Notes under the pieces: model-generated
What the model was told of the DNA's origin: nothing
The model's input: only the letters and a program-made list of their open reading frames with translations
The model's database searches: none
Assembly: GCA_965277715.1 (NCBI GenBank)
Contig: OZ255836.1
Coordinates: forward strand, 2,784,001-2,848,000
Source: Gammaproteobacteria bacterium
Lineage (GTDB): Bacteria; Pseudomonadota; Gammaproteobacteria; JBCCGL01
Length of the DNA stretch: 64,000 nucleotides
Reading direction: 5' to 3'
Part shown: piece by piece, positions 9,302-20,151 of the stretch
How the letters are laid out: every line of letters starts with the position of its first letter
Numbering within the stretch: the first letter of the stretch is position 1
Translations under genes and position numbers: made by a program

Positions 9302-10804
9302 TTAAGCGCGTAAATAGTTATCAATAAACGCCTGCAAAGCCAGCTCAGCCCCCTTAGGTACATGCAAGCCTTTTTTACTGCGCCGCCACAGAATGTCATC
9401 CGCGCTGGATGCCCATTCGTGCTCGATCAGGTATTCCACTTCGCGTTGGTAGAGTGGCCCACCAAAATGCTGGCCCAGTTCCGCCATTGTGTTGGCATCG
9501 CCAATCAGTGTGTGTATTTGTGTGCCGTAGTTCCGCGCATAGTCGTGTAGCAGGGGCGGCGCGAGCCAGGGGTAGCGCTGGGCTGTGGTTCCGATAAAGC
9601 GGTCGAGGTCGGCGTTGGGGATGTCGCCCCCCGGTAGCGCTTGCGTCGCAGACCACTGGGGTGCATTGCGTTGCAGGGATGGCTGGATCATGTCGATCAC
9701 TTCTTCGGCAAGCTTGCGGAAGGTGGTGATTTTGCCGCCGAAGATAGAGAGGATCGGCGCGCCCTGGTCGGTATCGAGGTGCAGTTTGTAGTCGCGGGTG
9801 ACTTTTGAGGCGCTGCTGCTGGTGTCGTCGTACAGGGGGCGCACGCCGGTGTAATGCCAGATAACGTCATCCGCCGTGACCGGGGTGGCGAAGTAGTCGC
9901 TGACAGCGGCGCAGATGTAATCGATCTCTGTCTGTTCGATCTGTGCCGCGTCAGGGCTGCCGACGATTTCTATGTCGGTGGTGCCGAGCAGGGTGTAGTC
10001 GCTTTCATACGGAATGGCAAACAGTATGCGGTTGTCGCTGTTCTGGAAGATGTAGGTGTAGGGGTGCGCAAACAATTTGGGCACCACGATGTGGCTGCCC
10101 TTGACCAGGCGGACTTCATGCGCCGACCGGTTGTGGGCGTTGAGGTCGAGGGTGTGTTCCACCCACGGCCCGGAGGCGTTGATGATGGCGCGTGCGGTTT
10201 TTGTTAGCGTTGCACCGCTGCGCCTGTCGTGCATTTCCACGTCCCAGTGTGTGGCGTGGCGCACCAGGTTGGTGCACTGGGTGTGGGTGCGTATGTCGGC
10301 GCCGCGCTGCCTTGCGTCCATTGCGTTGAGCACTACAAGGCGGGCATCCTGCACCCAGCAGTCTGAGTATTCAAAGCCGTTGGTGTACTGGGGTTTCAGT
10401 GCGCTCCCCGCGATGTGTTTTTTCAGGTTGACGCGGTGCGAGGCGGGTAGTTGTTTTCTGCCACCGATATGATCGTATAGGAAAAGCCCCAGGCGGATAA
10501 GCCAGCGCGGGCGCAGTGCCGGGTGGTGCGGCAGGATAAACCGCAGGGGCCAGATGATGTGAGGCGCCGCGTTTAACAGCACTTCGCGCTCTTTAAGTGC
10601 ATGGCGCACCAGTTTAAAGTCGTAGTGTTCCAGGTAGCGCAGGCCGCCGTGGATTAGTTTGGTGCTTGCCGATGAGGTGTGCTGCGCCAGGTCGTCTTTT
10701 TCACACAACAGCACAGATAAGCCCCGGCCCGCCGCATCACGCGCCACGCCAGCGCCGTTGATGCCACCACCGATAACGATCAGGTCGACATCGGTTACAC
10801 CCAT
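9302..10804 (-). CDS. glpD: FAD-dependent glycerol-3-phosphate dehydrogenase
   Basis: IGGGINGAG, TSSASTKLIHGGLRYLE, GGKITTFR, DILWRRSK; start at ATG 10804. Confidence 0.95.
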   Translation of the reverse strand: MGVTDVDLIVIGGGINGAGVARDAAGRGLSVLLCEKDDLAQHTSSASTKLIHGGLRYLEHYDFKLVRHALKEREVLLNAAPHIIWPLRFILPHHPALRPRWLIRLGLFLYDHIGGRKQLPASHRVNLKKHIAGSALKPQYTNGFEYSDCWVQDARLVVLNAMDARQRGADIRTHTQCTNLVRHATHWDVEMHDRRSGATLTKTARAIINASGPWVEHTLDLNAHNRSAHEVRLVKGSHIVVPKLFAHPYTYIFQNSDNRILFAIPYESDYTLLGTTDIEIVGSPDAAQIEQTEIDYICAAVSDYFATPVTADDVIWHYTGVRPLYDDTSSSASKVTRDYKLHLDTDQGAPILSIFGGKITTFRKLAEEVIDMIQPSLQRNAPQWSATQALPGGDIPNADLDRFIGTTAQRYPWLAPPLLHDYARNYGTQIHTLIGDANTMAELGQHFGGPLYQREVEYLIEHEWASSADDILWRRSKKGLHVPKGAELALQAFIDNYLRA

Positions 10805-11076
10805 CGAAATACCGCGACAGCGTAGATAATGGAAATAATGACAGCCCCCCACAAGGGTGTGCCCACCAGCCCCAGCCAGGCCAGGTGGATGAAGGCGCTA
10901 CCGAGCAATGAGATAAACAGGCGATCCCCCCGGGTGGTATCGAGCATGAGTATGCCGGTTCTGGGGCCGCCGCCCGGATCGAGGCGCTCCCATATACTCA
11001 TGCCGATCAACGCGGCGAGAATAAACAGAAAGAAGGCGGCTGTTGGCCAGGTCCAGGCCATCCAGGTAAGTGACAT
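10795..11076 (-). CDS. glpU: DUF2160 small membrane protein of the glycerol ABC operon
   Basis: WMAWTWPTAAFF...TTRGDRLFISLLGSAFIHLAW. Confidence 0.85.
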   Translation of the reverse strand: MSLTWMAWTWPTAAFFLFILAALIGMSIWERLDPGGGPRTGILMLDTTRGDRLFISLLGSAFIHLAWLGLVGTPLWGAVIISIIYAVAVFRWV

Positions 11077-11097
11077 GTGTATTTCCCGAACGGTTAT

Positions 11098-11898
11098 TCA
11101 GACGCGCCCAAGGGCGAAGCCCCGGGCGATGTGGTTGCGCACGAACCAGATAACGATCGCGCCGGGGATGATGGTCAATGCACCGGCGGCGGCCAATAGG
11201 CCAAGCTCGTACCCAGAGGAGCTGGCGGTCTTGGTCATGGTCGCGGCGATGGGCTTTGCCGCCACCGAGGTCAGGGTTTTTGCCAGTAACAGCTCCACCC
11301 AGGAGAACATAAAACAGAAGAATGCCGCCACGCCAATGCCCGAGCGGATGGTCGGCAGGAATATCCGCAGGAAGAAGCGTGGAAATGAATAGCCGTCGAT
11401 ATACGCGGTTTCATCCAGCTCTTTGGGCACGCCGGACATAAACCCTTCGAGTATCCACACCGCCAGCGGGATGTTGAACAGGCAGTGCGCCAGCGCAACC
11501 GCCCACGGCGTATCGAACAGGCCAACCGCCGAATATAGCTGAAAAAAGGGCAGGGCAAACACGGCGGGTGGCGCCATGCGGTTGGTCAGCAACCAGAAGA
11601 ATAAATGCTTATCACCCAAAAAGCGGTAGCGCGAGAAGGCGTAGGCGGCGGGCAGGGCCACCGCTACCGCCAGTACGGTGTTGATGAGGACATAGGTAAT
11701 CGAGTTGATGTAGCCGTTGTACCAGCTTGGGTCTGAGAAGATGGTGTAGTAGTTTTCCAGTGTGAATTGCTGGGGCCACAGGGTGAATGTGCCGAGTATT
11801 TCATTGGTGGTTTTGAACGACATGTTCAGCAGCCAGTAGATTGGCAGCAGCAGAAACACGATGTAGGTGCTGGGTAATAGCCATTTATAGCGGTGCAT
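11098..11898 (-). CDS. glpQ: Glycerol ABC transporter permease
   Basis: CUT1 permease with ELDETAYIDG loop; operon context. Confidence 0.85.
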   Translation of the reverse strand: MHRYKWLLPSTYIVFLLLPIYWLLNMSFKTTNEILGTFTLWPQQFTLENYYTIFSDPSWYNGYINSITYVLINTVLAVAVALPAAYAFSRYRFLGDKHLFFWLLTNRMAPPAVFALPFFQLYSAVGLFDTPWAVALAHCLFNIPLAVWILEGFMSGVPKELDETAYIDGYSFPRFFLRIFLPTIRSGIGVAAFFCFMFSWVELLLAKTLTSVAAKPIAATMTKTASSSGYELGLLAAAGALTIIPGAIVIWFVRNHIARGFALGRV

Positions 11899-11901
11899 TG
11901 C

Positions 11902-12765
11902 CTATTCCTCGCCGCGCATGGTCACGGTGTAAAAAACCCACGATACCAGCAGGATAATCAGGAAGTAAATTAACGACATCGCCGCCGCCGGGCCAAGATC
12001 AAACTGGCCCAGCGCCACTTTTACCAGGTCGATGGACAGGAAGGTGGTGCTGTTGCCAGGGCCGCCGCCGGTGAGGACGAAGGGTTCTGTGTAGATCATA
12101 AAGCTGTCCATAAAGCGCAGCAGTATGGCGATGGTCAGTACGCGCTTCATCTTGGGTAGCTGGATATAGCGAAATACCGCCCAGGCGCTGGCGCCATCGA
12201 TGCGCGCCGCCTGGAAATACGCCTCGGGAATCGACGAGAGTCCCGCGTAGGCGAGCAGCACGACCAGCGAGGTCCAGTGCCAGACATCCATCAACACCAC
12301 GGTAAACCAGGCCGCGAACGGCTGGCGTGTGTAGTTGTAGTCGATACCGAGTGCGTTGATCGATTTGCCGAGCAGCCCGATATCCGGCAGCGCGAAGATA
12401 TTCCACATGGCACCGACGACATTCCACGGGATCAGCAGGGGCAGCGACATCAACACCAGGCAGATCGAAACGCCAATGCCGCGCCTGGGCATGGCCAGCG
12501 CGATGGCGATACCCAGGGGGATTTCAATCACCAGGATGATACCGGTAAACAGAAACTGACGCCCCAGCGAGGCGTGGAAGCGCTCCGAGTGCAGCACGTC
12601 GGCAAACCAGCGCACACCCTCGAAGAAGAACACGTTATTGCCAAAGGTCTCCTGCACGGAGTAGTTAACCACCGTCATCAGCGGGATGATGGCGTTGAAG
12701 GCGACCAGAATGACCACCGGAATCACCAGAAACCAGGCTTTTTGATGGGTGGTTTTACTGCTCAT
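11902..12765 (-). CDS. glpP: Glycerol ABC transporter permease
   Basis: QAARIDGAS EAA loop; operon context. Confidence 0.85.
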   Translation of the reverse strand: MSSKTTHQKAWFLVIPVVILVAFNAIIPLMTVVNYSVQETFGNNVFFFEGVRWFADVLHSERFHASLGRQFLFTGIILVIEIPLGIAIALAMPRRGIGVSICLVLMSLPLLIPWNVVGAMWNIFALPDIGLLGKSINALGIDYNYTRQPFAAWFTVVLMDVWHWTSLVVLLAYAGLSSIPEAYFQAARIDGASAWAVFRYIQLPKMKRVLTIAILLRFMDSFMIYTEPFVLTGGGPGNSTTFLSIDLVKVALGQFDLGPAAAMSLIYFLIILLVSWVFYTVTMRGEE

Positions 12766-13844
12766 TGGCTCGCCTCTGCGCCGTATAGCCAGCCATCGGC
12801 GTACACCAGTGTTTTGTCCGGGTCAAAGCGTATACAGGCGCTGCCGGGGGGGATGGCGGTGTCTTCCGGCAGTAGCATACGGATGGTGTGGCCCCGGTGT
12901 TCGGTGGTGACAATTTTGTGCCGACCAATGTCATCGACGCGGCTGATCGAGACGGGTATGCCGCTGTCGGCAAAGTGGACAAACTCCGGGCGCACGCCGA
13001 TTTGCAGGTTGCCTTTATCGACGATGTGTGGGCTGTCGTTGTTGGCGTTTAGCGGGTTGCCGGCAAACCGCAGTTGTGCGTGTTGATGGGTCGCCGGTAG
13101 CAGGTTCATGCCAGGGGAGCCGATAAAATGCCCGACGAAGGTGTGCCGGGGTCTTTCAAAGAGTGCCACCGGCGTGCCGGATTGCACCACTCTGCCGTCG
13201 TGCATCACGATCACCTGGTCGGCGAAGGTCAGCGCCTCGGTCTGGTCGTGGGTGACATAGATCATGGTGGCGCGGGATTTTTGGTGGAGCTCCTTGAGTT
13301 TTGAGCGCAGTTGCCATTTTAGGTGTGGGTCGATCACGGTCAGTGGCTCGTCGAACAAAATGGCGTTGACGTCTGAGCGCACCAGGCCACGGCCCAGGCT
13401 GATCTTCTGCTTGCCGTCGGCGCTCAACCCGGCGGCGCGCCGGGTGAGTGAGTCGCTCAGATCCAGCAGCGCGGCAATTTCCCGCACGCGCTGGTCGACC
13501 GCCGCGCTGCCCACGTGGCGATTGCGCAGCGGAAAGGCCAAGTTGTCGTATACCGTCATGGTGTCGTAGACGACCGGAAACTGGAATACCTGGGCGATAT
13601 TGCGCGCTTCGGTGGCGGCGTGGGTGACGTCTTCGCCATCGAATAAGATGCGCCCCTCGCTCGGCTGTAACAGCCCTGAGATAAGGTTCAGCAGGGTCGA
13701 TTTACCGCAGCCGGAGGAGCCGAGCAGGGCGTAGGCGCCGCCGTCCTGCCAGGTGAGGTCGATGTGTTTCAGCGCCCAGTCCCGCTCCGCTTCAGGGGTC
13801 GGCAGGTAGCTGTGGCGCAGATTGGACAGGGTGATTTTTGCCAT
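12762..13844 (-). CDS. glpT: Glycerol ABC transporter ATP-binding subunit
   Basis: GSSGCGKST, LFDEP, YVTHDQ. Confidence 0.85.
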   Translation of the reverse strand: MAKITLSNLRHSYLPTPEAERDWALKHIDLTWQDGGAYALLGSSGCGKSTLLNLISGLLQPSEGRILFDGEDVTHAATEARNIAQVFQFPVVYDTMTVYDNLAFPLRNRHVGSAAVDQRVREIAALLDLSDSLTRRAAGLSADGKQKISLGRGLVRSDVNAILFDEPLTVIDPHLKWQLRSKLKELHQKSRATMIYVTHDQTEALTFADQVIVMHDGRVVQSGTPVALFERPRHTFVGHFIGSPGMNLLPATHQHAQLRFAGNPLNANNDSPHIVDKGNLQIGVRPEFVHFADSGIPVSISRVDDIGRHKIVTTEHRGHTIRMLLPEDTAIPPGSACIRFDPDKTLVYADGWLYGAEASQ

Positions 13845-13895
13845 CAGTTAACGGGTCTGTGCGTGGGTATGGACATAGACATGGGTTTGGCCAGA

Positions 13896-14963
13896 CTAGG
13901 GGACGAGCCGCTGTTCGTCGGCATCGAACAGCAGGCAGTGATCCGGGTTGAGGTGCAACTGCACCGGGCTGCCCGGCTGCAGTGAATGAACCCCCTGAGA
14001 TTGTGAAATCCAGGGGGTGCCGTCAATCGTTGCGTGCACGGTGCTGTCAGAGCCGGTCAGCTCGGTTAACAACACTTCACCGGTAACCGCCACCGACCGC
14101 GCACTGGTGGGGGCAAGGGTCACGTGGTGCGGGCGAATGCCGAGGGTGTACTCGCCATCGGGCAGCGCAGCGGCGGCACCTGTTGTCGGCCATGCCGAGG
14201 TGCTGTTCAGGTGGATGTGCCCCGCACGTTTGCTGATCGTGACGATATTCATCGGCGGGTCTGAGTAAACCCGGGCGGTGCGCGTGGTATCTGGTCGTCG
14301 GTAGACTTCATCGCTGGGGCCAAACTGGGTAACCCGGCCCTCGTGCAGGGTGGCGGTATGCCCACCGAGGAGCAGCGCCTCGGTGGGCTCGGTGGTCGCG
14401 TAGACCAGCGTGGCGCCGGTATTGCGGAACAGTTTTGGCAGCTCCTCGCGCAGCTCCTCGCGCAGTTTGTAATCGAGGTTGGCCAGCGGTTCGTCCAGCA
14501 GTACCAGCCGCGCCTGCTTGACCAGGGCGCGGGCCAGCGCGGTGCGTTGTTGCTGGCCGCCGGACAGTTCACCGGGCATACGCTGGAGCATGGGGGTCAG
14601 TTGCAACAGATCCGCAACCCGCTCGACCGCGTCGCGAATCTCGCCCTGGCTCAGTCTGCGCAGGTGCAGCGGCGAGGCGATATTTTCGTACACAGTAAAA
14701 TTGGGGTAATTGATAAACTGCTGGTAGACCATGGCGATATCGCGCTTTTGCACGGCGACGCCAGTGACATTCTGGCCGTTGAACCACACCTCCCCGCTAC
14801 TGGGTTTTTCCAGCCCGGCCATCAGGCGCATCAGCGAGGTTTTGCCCGCCAACGTGGTGCCCAATAGCACGGTGATACCACCCTCTGGCAGTGTCAGGTC
14901 GGTGGGGTGGATATGCGTTTGCCCGGCGACGTTAAGTGAAATGTTTTTGAGTGTTAATGACAT
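13896..14963 (-). CDS. glpS: Glycerol ABC transporter ATP-binding subunit
   Basis: GTTLAGKTS, LSGGQQQR, LLDEP. Confidence 0.85.
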   Translation of the reverse strand: MSLTLKNISLNVAGQTHIHPTDLTLPEGGITVLLGTTLAGKTSLMRLMAGLEKPSSGEVWFNGQNVTGVAVQKRDIAMVYQQFINYPNFTVYENIASPLHLRRLSQGEIRDAVERVADLLQLTPMLQRMPGELSGGQQQRTALARALVKQARLVLLDEPLANLDYKLREELREELPKLFRNTGATLVYATTEPTEALLLGGHTATLHEGRVTQFGPSDEVYRRPDTTRTARVYSDPPMNIVTISKRAGHIHLNSTSAWPTTGAAAALPDGEYTLGIRPHHVTLAPTSARSVAVTGEVLLTELTGSDSTVHATIDGTPWISQSQGVHSLQPGSPVQLHLNPDHCLLFDADEQRLVP

Positions 14964-14969
14964 GCTGAT

Positions 14970-15827
14970 TCAGGTGTTGCCACCGGTGTTCGGGTTAACA
15001 TTCTGGCTAATATGCCGGTCGACGCCATGGGTCATCAATACCTCAACGCGGTGGCGCTGGCAGTGCGCAAGAAACGCATCGGGGGGGCGTTTGTCGGTAA
15101 CGATATAGTCAATCGCCGAGACGTTGGCGATGCGCATTGGGGCGCTGCGCTTAAATTTTTCTGAGTCTGCGACCAGTATTGTTTTGCGGGCGTTGGCAAT
15201 AATCGCCCTGGCGACCCGCACCTCCTGGCTGTCGAAATCGAGCAGTGTGCCGTCTTCCTCAATCGCCGATACCCCAATGATCGCGTAGTCGAGCTTGAAT
15301 CTGGCGATAAATTCGGCGGTGGAATCCCCCACAATCCCGCCATCGTCATTGCGCACTGTGCCGCCTGCCAGCATAAATTTGAACGTGAGGTTGTGCCGCA
15401 GCACCTGGATAACATTGATGTTGTTGGTAACGATCAACAGGCCGTGGTGTTTGCTCAATTGCCGCGCCGCCGACTCGGTGGTGGTACCAATGTTGATGAA
15501 CAGCGACGAATCATCGGGTATCAAGGTCACCGCCGTGGCGCCGATGGCGGTTTTTTCTGCGGCCATAAAACTGCGCCGCGCCGCGTAACTGATATTGGCG
15601 ACACCATCTTGCACAACGGCACCGCCGTGGGTGCGTTGCAGCAGGCGCCTGTCACACAGGTAATTGAGGTCGCGCCGGATAGTTTGCGGGGTGACCCCCA
15701 GCTTGCCTGATAGCGGCTCCACCTGCACTTCGCCCTGTGCGTATGCCGCGTCAACAATCATTTGCTGGCGGATGCTGAGCTGGGTAATTTGCCGGGTAAT
15801 GTGCTGGTCTACCTGCTTGTCGGTCAT
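14970..15827 (-). CDS. glpR: DeoR-family glycerol regulon repressor
   Basis: VTPQTIRRDL HTH, NIGTTTE sensor domain. Confidence 0.9.
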   Translation of the reverse strand: MTDKQVDQHITRQITQLSIRQQMIVDAAYAQGEVQVEPLSGKLGVTPQTIRRDLNYLCDRRLLQRTHGGAVVQDGVANISYAARRSFMAAEKTAIGATAVTLIPDDSSLFINIGTTTESAARQLSKHHGLLIVTNNINVIQVLRHNLTFKFMLAGGTVRNDDGGIVGDSTAEFIARFKLDYAIIGVSAIEEDGTLLDFDSQEVRVARAIIANARKTILVADSEKFKRSAPMRIANVSAIDYIVTDKRPPDAFLAHCQRHRVEVLMTHGVDRHISQNVNPNTGGNT

Positions 15828-15996
15828 GGTGTTGATAAAAGCCTAAACGTATCCGTTGAGTTGGCTACGAACATCTAATGGATTGAATATAAAACATGTT
15901 TACACGGTTTAACCGATTGTCAGGTGAAAGAAAACAGTTGAATCAAGTGGACGCCCTGGGACAGGGTTGCGGCGGGATTGTCCCAGGGCGGTTGGC

Positions 15997-17748
15997 TTAG
16001 TTAGCTTCCCACTGTTTGATCAGCTCCTCGTAGGCGATTGTTTCGCCTTGTGGCTTTTCATTGGCCAGCTTGGCTTTTGGTGAGCCGGGCTTATTCAGCC
16101 ACACAGACGGATCCTGTGGTTCATTCAGGCGAGGGCCACAACCGCCGTAGACGTTGGCTTTCTCGTCTGCCGCCTGCATCCGCGCCATGGTGATATCCAT
16201 CTCGCCCGCGAGCCGGTCCATCGCCTGCTGAGGCGTGAACGCACCGGAGTTGACGTCACCAATTTGCTGCCACCAAATCTGCGCGAGCTTGGGGTAGTCC
16301 GGCACGTTGACACCCGTTGGCGTCCAGCGCACCCGGTCGGGTGAACGGTAAAACTCGACCAGGCCCCCCAGCTTGGGCGCACGCTCGGTAAAGGAGGCGT
16401 GGCGAATATCGCTGTCGCGGATCGGTGTCAGGCCCACGTGTGTCTTCTTCAGAGAAACTGTCTTGGAGACGACAAACTGCGCGTACAACCAGGCGGCCTT
16501 GCGGCGATCAACCGGGGTCGATTTAAACAATGTCCAGGAGCCAGCGTCCTGATAGCCGAGCTTCTGGCCTTTCTGCCAATAGGGGCCGTGGGGTGACGGC
16601 GCCATGCGCCACAGCGGGTTGCCCTCATCATCGACGGTGTTATTGCCCTCACTTTTGGGTTTCACCATATCGGCGGTAAACGCCGTGTACCAGAAAATCT
16701 GCTGGGCCACATTGCCCTGAGACAGCGCGGGCAGTGATTGGTAAAAGTCATAATCGGCAGCCCCAGGCGGGGCGTATTGGCGCAGCCACTCGTCCCACTT
16801 ACGGATCGCGTACACCGCTGCCGGGCTGTTGGCACCACCGCCACGGCTGACCGAGGCACCCACCGGGTTACACGAACCGGCCTCCATACGGATGCCCCAC
16901 TCATCAACCGGACGGCCATTGGGTAACCCCTTGCTGCCCATACCGGCCATCGACAGCCAGGCATCGGTCATGCGCCAGCCGAGGTCGGGTGCGCGTTTAC
17001 CGTAGTCCATATGACCGTAGATGCGCACCCCATCGATCTCTTTGACATCGTTACTGAAAAACTCGGCAATGTCCTCGTAGGCAGACCAGTTGACCGGCAC
17101 CCCAAGCTCATAACCGTACTTATCCTTGAAACGCTGCTTCAGGTCGGCGCGGTTAAACCAATCGTGGCGAAACCAATACAAATTGGCAAACTGTTGATCC
17201 GGGAGCTGGTACAACTTACCGTCTGGCCCGGTGGTGAATGATTTGCCCATAAAGTCATCCACATCCAGCCCTGGGTTGGTGACATCGGCGCCTTCGCCCG
17301 CCATCCAGTCACTCAGGTTGACCGCCAGTTGCAGGCGCGAGTGGGTGCCGATCAGGTCAGAGTCGTTGACATACGCATCGTACAGATTGCGCCCGGTTTG
17401 CATTTGGGTTTGCACCGCCTGCACCACCTCACCCTCGCCCAGAATCTGGTGATTCACCTCAATCCCGGTAATCTCTTCAAACGCCTTGGTCAACACCTCA
17501 GACTCATAGCTGTGTGTCGGTATACCCTCGGATAACACGTTGATTTCCATGCCGCTAAACGGTTTTGCGGCATCGATAAACCACGCCATCTCCGCCGCCT
17601 GCTCCGCCTTTGAAAGCGTGGAGGGCTGGAATTCATTATTGATCCACTTATCCGCCTCGGTTGTGCCTGCCTCGGTTGTGCCTACCAGAGCACCTGTCGC
17701 CGACAAGGTGCAGGCCACCGCAAAGGCCGCTGCTGTTAATGGTTTCAT
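15997..17748 (-). CDS. glpV: Glycerol ABC transporter substrate-binding protein
   Basis: Signal peptide from MKPLTAAAFAV; EFQPSTLS, LPDQQFANLYWFR; operon context. Confidence 0.88.
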   Translation of the reverse strand: MKPLTAAAFAVACTLSATGALVGTTEAGTTEADKWINNEFQPSTLSKAEQAAEMAWFIDAAKPFSGMEINVLSEGIPTHSYESEVLTKAFEEITGIEVNHQILGEGEVVQAVQTQMQTGRNLYDAYVNDSDLIGTHSRLQLAVNLSDWMAGEGADVTNPGLDVDDFMGKSFTTGPDGKLYQLPDQQFANLYWFRHDWFNRADLKQRFKDKYGYELGVPVNWSAYEDIAEFFSNDVKEIDGVRIYGHMDYGKRAPDLGWRMTDAWLSMAGMGSKGLPNGRPVDEWGIRMEAGSCNPVGASVSRGGGANSPAAVYAIRKWDEWLRQYAPPGAADYDFYQSLPALSQGNVAQQIFWYTAFTADMVKPKSEGNNTVDDEGNPLWRMAPSPHGPYWQKGQKLGYQDAGSWTLFKSTPVDRRKAAWLYAQFVVSKTVSLKKTHVGLTPIRDSDIRHASFTERAPKLGGLVEFYRSPDRVRWTPTGVNVPDYPKLAQIWWQQIGDVNSGAFTPQQAMDRLAGEMDITMARMQAADEKANVYGGCGPRLNEPQDPSVWLNKPGSPKAKLANEKPQGETIAYEELIKQWEAN

Positions 17749-17908
17749 ATCGCTATAATCCCCTTCGGTTTTTAACATTTAATGGGTTTGCATGTATGGT
17801 TTTGGCTTGTATTCAGAGAAATCTGAACAGACGAGGCTAGCAATAAAAATTTTCACATGCAATCGTTTTATTTTCGTTTGAACATAAGTTATTAATATAT
17901 CGAATATT

Positions 17909-20137
17909 ATGAAAAAAACTGACCCGCCAGCCACTCAACTACACGATATCGCCGCGCTGGCCGCCAACTACGTCAACACCACCGGGCGGCACATCTTCCT
18001 CACCGGCAAAGCGGGCACGGGTAAAACCACATTCCTCAAATACATCAGCGAGCACACCTACAAAAACACCGCCGTGGCCGCCCCCACCGGCATCGCCGCC
18101 ATCAACGCGGGCGGGGTTACCCTGCACTCACTGCTGCAACTGCCCTTTGGTGCATTCATCCCGGACAACATAGCGCCAGGCGCGGCGGATTCACGCATCA
18201 ACACCCCGCAAACGCTGTTTAAAGACCTGCGCTTCAACGCCACCAAACGCGCCCTGATTCAGGCACTGGAACTGCTCATCATCGACGAAGTGAGCATGTT
18301 GCGTGCAGACCTGCTGGACTGCATCGACCACGTATTGCGCTTTTTGCGCCGCCGGGTGGAACCCTTTGGGGGCTTACAAATACTGTTTATCGGTGATCTA
18401 TTACAACTGCCGCCAGTTATCAATGACGCAGAAATGGCCCTGCTGCTGCCCTACTACGACAGCCCCTACTTCTTCGAGGCACACTCTCTGCGTGAAAACC
18501 CACCGATTTTGATCGAGCTGCAAAAAATCTTCCGGCAGCGCGATCAACACTTTATCGACTTGCTCAACCGCCTGCGGCACAACCAGCAGACCCATCAGGA
18601 TATACAAAAGCTAAACAGCTACCATCAGCCCAGTTTTGACCGGGCGGCAGACAGCGGGTACATCCACATCACCACCCATAACCAACGGGCAGACCGCATC
18701 AACCACAGCCGCCTGCAAAGCCTGCCTGCCCCTGCCTACCACTACCCGGCACAGATCCAGGGCAACTTTCCGGAAAACCTGTTTCCGGTCAGCGAAACGC
18801 TCGAACTGAAAGCGGGCGCCCAGGTGATGTTTATCAAAAATGACCCCAGCGGTGAAGGGCAGTTTTTTAACGGCAAAATTGGCATCGTCGAACACCTTGA
18901 TAATGAGGGCATCCGCGTGGCCTGCGGGGAGGATGACGTTATCCAGGTGGATACCCACCTATGGGAAAACAAACAATACGTACTCAACAAAACCAACAAC
19001 GATGTCGAGGAAAAAAACCTGGGCAGCTTTGAACAGTACCCGCTAAAACTGGCCTGGGCCATCACCGTACACAAAAGCCAGGGCCTGACATTTGAAAAAG
19101 CCATTTTGGATCTTTCCGGCACATTTGCGGCGGGGCAATTGTATGTTGCCCTATCCCGCCTGACCTCGCTGGCGGGTCTGGTATTGTCATCCCCGCTACC
19201 GGAAAACCCACCGCGCATCGACCCCTCACTGCAAACCTTTGCCGATGGCTTTCAGGATACAGCCGTATTGCAACAAAACCTGGACCATGAACGGCGTGAT
19301 GCCCTGCGCCAGCTTGCCCGCCGCGCCTTCCAGTTTGATGGCCTGTTAACCGCATTAAACGCGCACCAGCAAAGCTTTAACAAAGACGAAAACCGCTCGC
19401 TTAAACAACAGCATTTACCCTGGACACAAGCATTGATCGATGACGTGTTACCGTTGAAAACGATAGGCGAAAAATTTATCCGACAAGTAGACAAAATACT
19501 CGAACAGGAACACTACCTGGCGTTACTCGCCGAACGGCTGGCGCGTGCACAGGATTACTTCGACAAGGCCTTCGTTGATTTCTTAGCGCGCTTGCGCACG
19601 CACATACAAACCGTGAAACGTGAGAGCAAAGTAAAAACCTACCTAAAAGAACTCGATGCCCTGCGAGGTTTATTTTTTGATCAGAATAAATTTATACTAA
19701 AAATCGCCGTCTTAGCCCGCTGTACTGTGGAAAATAAAATACCGGAAAAAAAGGATTTTCAGGATTCAGCGCTATACCAATCGGCTGAAAAAAAACGCAC
19801 TAAAAAAACAGATAAAAAAGACAAAACACCGACAAAGACCATTTCTTACGACCTGTTTCGCGAGGGAAAAAGCGTTGCAGAAATTGCCCAAATACGCGGG
19901 CTGGTCGCCAGCACCATCGAGGGGCACCTGGCAGCTTATGTCGCAACCGGCGAGCTGGATGTATTGACACTGCTGAGCGAGGATAAGCTGGCGAAAATAG
20001 CCGCAGAATATCAAGGTAAAGAGAAAAGCTTCGGGCAGATTAAAGCGATATTAGGGGATGAAATCAGCTATGGTGAAATCCGATTAGCCGTGGTGCACTT
20101 GCAGCGGGAGAACCCAGGCGAGGCTTTGGTGGATTAG
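17909..20137 (+). CDS. PIF1/RecD-like SF1B helicase with C-terminal HTH
   Basis: TGKAGTGKT, IIDEVSM, GDLLQLPPV, AITVHKSQGLT, YVALSR; C-terminal HTH (IAQIRGLVASTIEGHL). Confidence 0.88.
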   Translation: MKKTDPPATQLHDIAALAANYVNTTGRHIFLTGKAGTGKTTFLKYISEHTYKNTAVAAPTGIAAINAGGVTLHSLLQLPFGAFIPDNIAPGAADSRINTPQTLFKDLRFNATKRALIQALELLIIDEVSMLRADLLDCIDHVLRFLRRRVEPFGGLQILFIGDLLQLPPVINDAEMALLLPYYDSPYFFEAHSLRENPPILIELQKIFRQRDQHFIDLLNRLRHNQQTHQDIQKLNSYHQPSFDRAADSGYIHITTHNQRADRINHSRLQSLPAPAYHYPAQIQGNFPENLFPVSETLELKAGAQVMFIKNDPSGEGQFFNGKIGIVEHLDNEGIRVACGEDDVIQVDTHLWENKQYVLNKTNNDVEEKNLGSFEQYPLKLAWAITVHKSQGLTFEKAILDLSGTFAAGQLYVALSRLTSLAGLVLSSPLPENPPRIDPSLQTFADGFQDTAVLQQNLDHERRDALRQLARRAFQFDGLLTALNAHQQSFNKDENRSLKQQHLPWTQALIDDVLPLKTIGEKFIRQVDKILEQEHYLALLAERLARAQDYFDKAFVDFLARLRTHIQTVKRESKVKTYLKELDALRGLFFDQNKFILKIAVLARCTVENKIPEKKDFQDSALYQSAEKKRTKKTDKKDKTPTKTISYDLFREGKSVAEIAQIRGLVASTIEGHLAAYVATGELDVLTLLSEDKLAKIAAEYQGKEKSFGQIKAILGDEISYGEIRLAVVHLQRENPGEALVD

Positions 20138-20151
20138 TGTGAGTATCCATC

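Noticed and set aside
17654-17683. Exact 15-bp tandem duplication (GTTEA x2) near the GlpV signal-peptide end
   Set aside because: Real but in-frame and probably neutral slippage
9362-19494. Many overlapping alternative-frame ORFs in the glp operon and helicase (also throughout 42-55 kb)
   Set aside because: Expected shadows in GC-rich coding DNA; no motifs
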